This document shows, piece after piece, positions 58,184 to 64,000 of a stretch of DNA of 64,000 nt; the first letter of the stretch is position 1; each line of letters opens with the position of its first letter. Below the pieces are notes generated by a model, which saw nothing but the letters and a program-made list of their open reading frames with translations, did not search any database and had not been told where the DNA came from. The position numbers were made by a program, and so were the translations under genes. Source of the stretch: an uncultured Bacillales bacterium (GTDB lineage: Bacteria; Bacillota; Bacilli; Tepidibacillales; Tepidibacillaceae); assembly GCA_964551195.1 (NCBI GenBank), contig CAZKBI010000004.1:4189-68188 (forward strand). The letters are read 5' to 3'.

Positions 58184-58894
58184 TTATTGAGCTTTTATTA
58201 GCTCATATAGCTCCTCCGTCTTGGCAGCTTCCTCATAGTTGATAATATAAAAATCTTCTTGATCACGTAGTAGGAGAAAAGGACCCTGATCCGACACCAA
58301 AAATAGTTTTCCCTGTCCATACTCCTCAAGTTTAAAATTTCCTTTTAATGTATTACCAGCACTATAACCATTTGTTCTTGTAATTATTCGTGGGATTTGC
58401 TCAATTAATTGAATGTCCTGTAACTCATTTAAAGGGATAGTTGTTCCATACATTCCGCTAATTATAATTTCCTGTGAATCAACGACAACCTCTGTCACAC
58501 CACCACCAAATAAAACAAGGCCAAAAACAAATACGCCAATTACTAATAGGATTACCACAACAATTATTGCGTTTTTGCGCTGATTTTCTTTGTTCAGATT
58601 GAAACGTTGTGCGTAAAATATCATAAATACGCTATATATAATTATCATAACAAAAACAACCAACGCTGAAGTATTATAACCTGCGTAAGCAAAGAGGAAT
58701 GCAACTAGGGAAATAGCAGCCATTATAAACATGCTATTACTCATGAAATTACGCAATCCTTCAATATCTACCTCTTGTTTTTTCTCTTTCGACATCGTGT
58801 TATAACCAGCTATTAGCCAGTCCCATTTAAAATACTTTAAAGCCCCACCTAATAAGACAAACATAAAAATAAACGCAAGTATTAAGTACATCAT
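58184..58894 (-). CDS. Membrane protein, DUF3784-like N-terminus with PH-like C-terminal domain
   Basis: The WLIAGYNTMSKEKKQEVD motif is typical of DUF3784. It has four TM segments and a soluble C-terminal beta-rich domain. Confidence 0.5.
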   Translation of the reverse strand: MMYLILAFIFMFVLLGGALKYFKWDWLIAGYNTMSKEKKQEVDIEGLRNFMSNSMFIMAAISLVAFLFAYAGYNTSALVVFVMIIIYSVFMIFYAQRFNLNKENQRKNAIIVVVILLVIGVFVFGLVLFGGGVTEVVVDSQEIIISGMYGTTIPLNELQDIQLIEQIPRIITRTNGYSAGNTLKGNFKLEEYGQGKLFLVSDQGPFLLLRDQEDFYIINYEEAAKTEELYELIKAQ

Positions 58895-58907
58895 GCCTTA
58901 ACCCCTT

Positions 58908-59630
58908 TTAAGCAAAAATTCCGCTTTTGCTTTTAATATCCTTCTTCAAATCCTCAATAGAACCTTGTTGATCAATGTGATACTGCTTTTGACCGTTGCG
59001 ATCGAGCAAATAGTCCTCAACCAAATAGGTGCGAATGCCTAGTTCACTAGCAACCATATCCTCCTGCATGTCGTTACCAATCATAATTGTTTCTTCTGGC
59101 TCTAACTCCAGCTTGCCTAGAATTTCGCGATAGTACTGCACATGCGGTTTACTGTAATGCGAGTTCTCATAGGAAGTAATAAGTGCGAACTCAATATCAT
59201 CTATATTTACCCAGCGCAGTCGCTCAACGACTGCAAGCATTGGAAAAAGTGGATTAGTCGCAATAACAACTTTGCGCCCCTGATTTATAACTGTTTCAAC
59301 AATATCGCGCGTTAAATCTGACGATTGCACATGTTTCTGTAGCAAGGGAAACTGAGTTAAATAAAATTCTTCTAAGACCGTCATTATATCAGTAAGCTCT
59401 AGTTGTGTCTGTTCTAGAAAATTCTCCATGAAAACCTCTTGGTTCGTGAAACGACCATCGACGCTGCGTACCACGGCCTCTGTGCTCGCAAGCAGACTTT
59501 TCATGAAAAGTTCTTTGGGAAAATAATCTGCTACATAATCTGCTAATGAGACCATATAATCCTTAATAAATTCCTCTGTATTTGCAGGAATCAGTGTACC
59601 ATCTAAATCAAATAATACTACCTTACCCAT
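58908..59630 (-). CDS. HAD-superfamily hydrolase
   Basis: VVLFDLDGTL motif I and GNDMQEDM motif IV. I placed the start at the ATG at 59630, 6 nt after GGAGGG. Confidence 0.8.
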   Translation of the reverse strand: MGKVVLFDLDGTLIPANTEEFIKDYMVSLADYVADYFPKELFMKSLLASTEAVVRSVDGRFTNQEVFMENFLEQTQLELTDIMTVLEEFYLTQFPLLQKHVQSSDLTRDIVETVINQGRKVVIATNPLFPMLAVVERLRWVNIDDIEFALITSYENSHYSKPHVQYYREILGKLELEPEETIMIGNDMQEDMVASELGIRTYLVEDYLLDRNGQKQYHIDQQGSIEDLKKDIKSKSGIFA

Positions 59631-59644
59631 TGACATCCCTCCTA

Positions 59645-60487
59645 TTATTCCTCTTTTAATAAAGTATCCGTCCGATAAGATATACAATTACAATCTGTTT
59701 CCGTCATAGAGTTTGACTTAACTGCGTCAATTAGAATTCTTCCGATCAACTCTGCCTCCTGATAGAAAATATCACTTAGATCCTGATGAGTCCAATCACG
59801 GATAATCCCCTCGGCATAATTTACTACCATATAAATGCCAGCATAACACGCACCAATCTCTCGTGCTAAATAGACCTCTGGGGTGATGCTCTGGCCTACA
59901 ACGTCGCCATGCCAACCCTTAAACATCTGGACTTCAGCACGTGATTCAAAATGCCTACCATCCGTATTAACATATGTACCACGACCAAAAACGTGACGTT
60001 TAGTCCCAGCAACCGCCTCTTTTGCAGCTGCAACTAGGTCTCTGCTGCCAACCGGACAGATCGGTTCTCGCATTGTCAACAGATAGGGACTGCCTAAGCC
60101 AACATCCTGCCGCATTGAGAAATCGATATAATCATCAACTACAACTAGATCACGTAGCTCTAACAACTTATTAATACTGCCTACTCCGCCCTCAGCCAAA
60201 ATTCGCTTAACACCAGCTTCACGCAGCACCCAGAATAATTGCCTAGAAGCATCTGCCCTGCTAATACCAGCGGCTGGTCGCCAACCATGCATGCGAACGG
60301 TGAGTGCTTTTTTGCCGGCGATCGAAAGTAGTCTGAAAACCGGGCTCTCACCATACGGTGTTTCATAAACTAAGTCACGCTCAATAATTTCGACATCTGG
60401 TAGCCCTAATGCCTCAGGAAAATCGATTGAAAAAGTACTAGAGCCACCAATTATCGCGTAATCTGCTTGTGGAATTTCGATCATCAT
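59645..60487 (-). CDS. MTAP-family purine/methylthioadenosine nucleoside phosphorylase
   Basis: PNP_UDP_1 pattern: AIIGGSS, ETPYGESP, RMHGW, GDVVGQSITPEVYLAREIGACYAGI. Confidence 0.7.
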   Translation of the reverse strand: MMIEIPQADYAIIGGSSTFSIDFPEALGLPDVEIIERDLVYETPYGESPVFRLLSIAGKKALTVRMHGWRPAAGISRADASRQLFWVLREAGVKRILAEGGVGSINKLLELRDLVVVDDYIDFSMRQDVGLGSPYLLTMREPICPVGSRDLVAAAKEAVAGTKRHVFGRGTYVNTDGRHFESRAEVQMFKGWHGDVVGQSITPEVYLAREIGACYAGIYMVVNYAEGIIRDWTHQDLSDIFYQEAELIGRILIDAVKSNSMTETDCNCISYRTDTLLKEE

Positions 60488-60495
60488 ACTACCCC

Positions 60496-60963
60496 CTATT
60501 CCTTAATCGGTCTGAAATCAAGCTGCCTTAATGCCTCATAAAGTACAACGGCTGCTGCATTTGAGAGATTGAGCGACCTGCTTGTTTTGCGCATTGGTAG
60601 CTTAATTGTCTTCAACCAATTCGCCTCAAGTAATTGCAGTGGCAAGCCTGCCGTCTCCCTACCAAACACTATGAAATCCTCATCCTGATAGGATACGTCT
60701 GAATACCTTTGATCGGTTTTGGTAGTTGCGTAAAAAAACCTTGCCTCAGGATATACTTCATATAACTCATTTATTGTATCATAGACCTGAACTTCAACTT
60801 CATTCCAATAGTCTAATCCAGCGCGTTTTAACATTTTATCCTCAAGCGAAAATCCGAGTGGTTTTATTAGATGTAGGCGCGCACCAGTCGCCGCGCAGCT
60901 CCGAGCAATATTACCTGTGTTCGCCGGAATTTCCGGCTCATATAAGACAATATTTATCGCCAT
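60496..60963 (-). CDS. trmL: tRNA (cytidine/uridine-2'-O-)-methyltransferase TrmL (SpoU family)
   Basis: 155 aa with the motifs LYEPEIPANTGNIARSC and SLNLSNAAAVVLYEALRQ. Confidence 0.85.
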   Translation of the reverse strand: MAINIVLYEPEIPANTGNIARSCAATGARLHLIKPLGFSLEDKMLKRAGLDYWNEVEVQVYDTINELYEVYPEARFFYATTKTDQRYSDVSYQDEDFIVFGRETAGLPLQLLEANWLKTIKLPMRKTSRSLNLSNAAAVVLYEALRQLDFRPIKE

Positions 60964-60966
60964 CAG

Positions 60967-61506
60967 TTATGCTTGCTCCTCCCTAGTTAGAAATCCCTCC
61001 AGCTCTAGGAGATAGCGTTTGCAATCTAATCCTCCGCCATAACCAACAAGGGAGCCACTAGCGCCGATTACGCGGTGACAAGGTATAATAATTGAAAGTG
61101 GATTCTGATGATTAGCTCCACCTACAGCACGCACGGCTTTCGGGCTGCCGACCTGCTCAGCTATATCTCGATAGCAACGGGCTTCGCCATAGGGAATCGT
61201 CATTAGAGCATCCCACACTGCCAGTTGAAAATCCGTTCCATATATATCTAACCTTAAATCAAATTCCTTTCGTTCACCCGCTAAATACTCCCTTAACTGC
61301 TGCTTTGCTTCATCCAGTTGATCAGTAGCTTCACATAATTCTCCCACTCCAACTGTTTTGTTAGCCCAGACAGTAAGTTTTTTTAGAGCTGAACCATTAT
61401 CAGCAAAACTCAACCAACATAATCCATCAACCGTTTTTGCTAGGATAATTTCCCCCAGTTCCGCTTCCATAGTTGAATAGTATATCTTTTTGTCTTTTTT
61501 ACACAT
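60967..61506 (-). CDS. ogt: Methylated-DNA--protein-cysteine methyltransferase
   Basis: IIPCHRVIG active site. I placed the start at the ATG at 61506, after a GGAGG RBS; the track start extends into queG. Confidence 0.9.
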   Translation of the reverse strand: MCKKDKKIYYSTMEAELGEIILAKTVDGLCWLSFADNGSALKKLTVWANKTVGVGELCEATDQLDEAKQQLREYLAGERKEFDLRLDIYGTDFQLAVWDALMTIPYGEARCYRDIAEQVGSPKAVRAVGGANHQNPLSIIIPCHRVIGASGSLVGYGGGLDCKRYLLELEGFLTREEQA

Positions 61507-61531
61507 ATTTTTAACCTCCATGTTCCGGCCA

Positions 61532-62575
61532 CTATTTAACTGTAAGTTGTTTTTTCGCCCAACTCGCAGCCTTCCTAATCTCTTCACGCCCATCCTCAGT
61601 TAATTTTTCAATCTGGGTTAAGGCGGATATCTCATCTAAATTGGCTAGAGCAATTATAGCGTTTCTTTGCAAGGTACTTTTGCCTCGCCAGCCAGCTGCT
61701 GTCTTTCTCCATTTTTCTGCGAATTGACGATTGGTCATCTCCAAGATTCCTAACAAAAGTGGTCTCGCCTGAGCCGCAAGTGGTTGGAAATCAACCGTTA
61801 GATTCGGCTTAGCACCGTGATTTCTCGGGCAGACCTCTTGACAAGTATCACAGCCATAAATACGTGTTCCCAAGACTTCATAATGCATTGAATCTAGCTT
61901 CTTTTGCTGGGTTATCTCCGACAAACAGCGCTGTGAGTTAATAGCTCGATTCTCCAGAATAGCTTGGTTTGGACAGGCATCAATACAGATCCGACATTCA
62001 CCACATTGTTCAGCTATTGGTTGATCTACCTCCAGTTTCACCGTTGTCAGTAATTCTCCAAGAAAAACATAGGAACCATATTCCGGTGTGATTAGTAAAG
62101 AATTTCTACCAATCCAACCGATACCCGCGCGTTCAGCAAGGGCTTTTTCTAGGAGTCCAGTGCGGTCAACGTAATTTTGTGACTCTGCCCCAGGAACAAG
62201 CTTACTGATCAAATTTGCTAGTAGCTCAAGCTTCTCTCCCACTATGTAGTGATAATCCCGCCCCCATGCTGAACGAGAAACCTCTCCGCGAGCTGGACTT
62301 ATATCGCTAGTTTTCCCAACTGATGCTGGTAATTGTGATGGATAGGCAATTGCGATAGAAATTACTGTTGCTGCTTGAGGCATCAATATGCGCGGGTCTA
62401 TTCTATAAACAAGGTCTTTGGACTCAAAATCCGATTGATGGCCGCAAGCTTGTCGATGTTCCAGAACTATTCCTAGCTTCGTAAATGGTTCTACATCAGT
62501 AAAACCGATCTTACTAATCCCAATCTCCATTGCATATTCAATAATCGCAGTTTTAAGCTCCTGTTCCTTCATCAC
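61532..62575 (-). CDS. queG: Epoxyqueuosine reductase
   Basis: 4Fe-4S motifs CGECRICIDACP and CDTCQEVCP, with a HEAT-like C-terminus. Confidence 0.9.
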   Translation of the reverse strand: MMKEQELKTAIIEYAMEIGISKIGFTDVEPFTKLGIVLEHRQACGHQSDFESKDLVYRIDPRILMPQAATVISIAIAYPSQLPASVGKTSDISPARGEVSRSAWGRDYHYIVGEKLELLANLISKLVPGAESQNYVDRTGLLEKALAERAGIGWIGRNSLLITPEYGSYVFLGELLTTVKLEVDQPIAEQCGECRICIDACPNQAILENRAINSQRCLSEITQQKKLDSMHYEVLGTRIYGCDTCQEVCPRNHGAKPNLTVDFQPLAAQARPLLLGILEMTNRQFAEKWRKTAAGWRGKSTLQRNAIIALANLDEISALTQIEKLTEDGREEIRKAASWAKKQLTVK

Positions 62576-62584
62576 AAAACCCCT

Positions 62585-63181
62585 CTAATTAAGTTTATCC
62601 TTAAGAATCTGTGACATTAATTTATAATTTGGGTCAGTTTCTGCTTTCTCACTAATTGTTTCCGATAAAAGTTTCATTTGTTCTTGCGTCAGATTCAGAA
62701 CCACTTCTTCGTCTGGCTTTCTCTTGGCGCGTACCTTCTTACTTGCGCCAGCAATTGCTCCCACCGCCAAACTATCCGCAAGATTATTCATCACATCTGT
62801 GGAATGTCCTTTGACCTTGATCCACTCGACCTCACGTTCACGCTCCAAAACCATTAGTTCATTCCAGAGATCCTGATTTTCCACTGGTTTATTCTTAGCT
62901 GTCCGCCAACCATTAAGCTGCCACTTAGTTAACCAGCCTTGTGTAAAACCGTTAATTAGGTAGGCTGAATCTGAATGCAGCTTAATTCTGCTGCCAGGCT
63001 CAGTCTGTTTCAGAGCTTCAATTGCCGCTCGCATCTCCATCCGATTATTAGTCGTATCACTCTCCGCGCCCGCAAAAGTTCGTCCATCAACGAAGGCCAC
63101 ACCCCAACCGCCTTCTTGACCGCCAGCAGCCTGATTGTGTGAACATGCACCATCTGTATAAACTTCATATAATTTTGTCAT
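62585..63181 (-). CDS. rnhA: Ribonuclease HI with C-terminal extension
   Basis: VYTDGAC, NNRMEM, HSDS and the KVKGH...N..AD RNase H catalytic pattern. The start is probably the ATG at 63181, after GGAG. Confidence 0.85.
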   Translation of the reverse strand: MTKLYEVYTDGACSHNQAAGGQEGGWGVAFVDGRTFAGAESDTTNNRMEMRAAIEALKQTEPGSRIKLHSDSAYLINGFTQGWLTKWQLNGWRTAKNKPVENQDLWNELMVLEREREVEWIKVKGHSTDVMNNLADSLAVGAIAGASKKVRAKRKPDEEVVLNLTQEQMKLLSETISEKAETDPNYKLMSQILKDKLN

Positions 63182-63278
63182 AATGGTCTCCATATCCTAT
63201 TCTTATTTATATTAGTATATCCTTTTTTATTTAAAATGATTAGTATATCTTTATTATAAACACAAAGTGCCTAAATAA

Positions 63279-63317
63279 ACAAAAAATCCTTAAGTCCGCA
63301 GTAGGCATCTTAAGAAT
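63279..63317 (-). terminator. Terminator of the tRNA array
   Basis: Minus strand: a 9-bp stem ATTCTTAAG/CTTAAGGAT (one G-U pair) followed by TTTTTTG. Confidence 0.6.
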
Positions 63318-63355
63318 CCTTCAATTTTATTACTATTTTCTATGGCACATATTCG

Positions 63356-63441
63356 TGGTGCCGATGGCCGGACTCGAACCGGCATGGAAATTATCCGTCG
63401 CATTTTGAGTGCGGTGCGTCTGCCAGTTCCGCCACATCGGC
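63356..63441 (-). tRNA. tRNA-Leu (anticodon CAA)
   Basis: The reverse complement folds as a cloverleaf: acceptor GCCGATG/CATCGGC, loop CT-CAA-AA, long variable arm, GGTTCGAGTCC T-arm, encoded CCA. Confidence 0.9.
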
Positions 63442-63460
63442 AAAGTGTTTTTATAACAAA

Positions 63461-63537
63461 TGGCGCGCCCTGCAGGATTCGAACCTGCGACCTTCTGATT
63501 CGTAGTCAGACACTCTATCCAGCTGAGCTAAGGGCGC
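63461..63537 (-). tRNA. tRNA-Arg (anticodon ACG)
   Basis: GCGCCCTTAGCTCAGCTGGATAGAGT...; anticodon loop CT-ACG-AA; GGTTCGAATCC T-arm; encoded CCA. Confidence 0.9.
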
Positions 63538-63545
63538 AAAGTAAA

Positions 63546-63634
63546 TGGTGCCGAGAACCGGAATCGAACCGGTACGGTAGTCACCTACCGCAGGATTTTA
63601 AGTCCTGTGCGTCTGCCAATTCCGCCACCCCGGC
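63546..63634 (-). tRNA. tRNA-Leu (anticodon UAA)
   Basis: GCCGGGGTGGCGGAATTGGCAGACGC...; loop CT-TAA-AA; long variable arm; encoded CCA. Confidence 0.9.
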
Positions 63635-63646
63635 ACATTATTTTAT

Positions 63647-63721
63647 TGGAGGCGGCAACCGGATTTGAACCGGTGAATAAAGGTTTTGCAGACCTTCGCC
63701 TTACCACTTGGCTATGCCGCC
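63647..63721 (-). tRNA. tRNA-Cys (anticodon GCA)
   Basis: GGCGGCATAGCCAAGTGGTAAGGC...; loop CT-GCA-AA; encoded CCA. Confidence 0.9.
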
Positions 63722-63755
63722 ATTAGATAGATATTGATACGGCACTCAAAAAAAT

Positions 63756-63830
63756 TGGAGCGGACGAGGAGATTCGAACTCCCGACCCTCGCCTTGGCAA
63801 GGCGATGCTCTACCACTGAGCCACGTCCGC
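63756..63830 (-). tRNA. tRNA-Gly (anticodon GCC)
   Basis: GCGGACGTGGCTCAGTGGTAGAGC...; loop TT-GCC-AA; encoded CCA. Confidence 0.9.
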
Positions 63831-63844
63831 ATATTAAATTAAAA

Positions 63845-63918
63845 TGGCAGGGGTGGTAGGAATCGAACCCACACTAACGGTTTTGGAGACCGCTGTTCTG
63901 CCATTGAACCACACCCCT
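63845..63918 (-). tRNA. tRNA-Trp (anticodon CCA)
   Basis: AGGGGTGTGGTTCAATGGCAGAAC...; loop CT-CCA-AA; encoded CCA. Confidence 0.9.
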
Positions 63919-63922
63919 AAAA

Positions 63923-64000
63923 TGGTGGTGGGGGCAGGATTTGAACCTGCGAAGCTTCCGCAGCGGATTTACAGTCCGCCCCATTTGACCACTTTGGTAC
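63923..64000 (-). tRNA. tRNA-Tyr (anticodon GUA), 5' end cut by window edge
   Basis: The 3' part ...GGCGGACTGTAAATCCGC has loop CT-GTA-AA, a long variable arm, GGTTCAAATCC and CCACCA. About 7 nt of the 5' acceptor lie outside the window. Confidence 0.85.

Noticed and set aside
63211-63249. 11-nt direct repeat ATTAGTATATC (63211-63221 and 63239-63249) upstream of rnhA
   Set aside because: It is short and AT-rich. On the minus strand each copy contains a TATACT -10-like hexamer, so these are most simply tandem promoter-like elements or chance repeats.
63342-63668. 108-aa plus-strand ORF
   Set aside because: It lies entirely over four minus-strand tRNA genes (Leu, Arg, Leu, Cys). Its Arg/Pro-rich translation is an artefact of GC-rich tRNA sequence.

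Overview
This is a chromosomal segment from a low-GC Bacillota (Firmicutes) genome. Almost every gene is on the minus strand, and the order resembles Bacillus: rpmI-infC, thrS with a T-box leader, a his operon preceded by glnS, nrdR...dnaB...dnaI, speD-gap-coaE-mutM-polA, oppABCDF, citZ-icd-fumarase, malic enzyme-dnaE, trmL-ogt-queG-rnhA, and a 7-gene tRNA array. I found no rRNA, CRISPR array, transposase or integrase. The one clearly accessory block is a tightly packed operon of about 10.3 kb (47.2-57.5 kb), bracketed by terminators and visibly more AT-rich than its surroundings. It encodes a Tad/Flp-like (type IVc pilus-type) machine with several unusual parts: a canonical CpaF/TadA ATPase plus a second divergent ATPase, an FHA-domain protein, a Hanks-type Ser/Thr kinase fused to a degenerate ParA/TadZ-like domain, and CpaB-, TadZ-, TadB- and TadC-like proteins. 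It also has an unannotated 52-aa pilin-like ORF and two TadE-like proteins, but no prepilin peptidase and no canonical Flp processing motif. I consider this the best candidate for an undescribed, phospho-regulated Tad-like system. Other oddities visible in the sequence: OppA looks circularly permuted relative to canonical family-5 binding proteins; hisA and hisF are fused and the operon has no hisH; extra genes are inserted into the nrdR-dnaB-dnaI cluster; and two Crp/Fnr paralogs flank an unknown multi-pass membrane protein, with CRP-like half-palindromes nearby. Several ORF-track starts were revised using RBS position and homolog N-termini. All calls come from reading the sequence and recalling family motifs; no database search was run.
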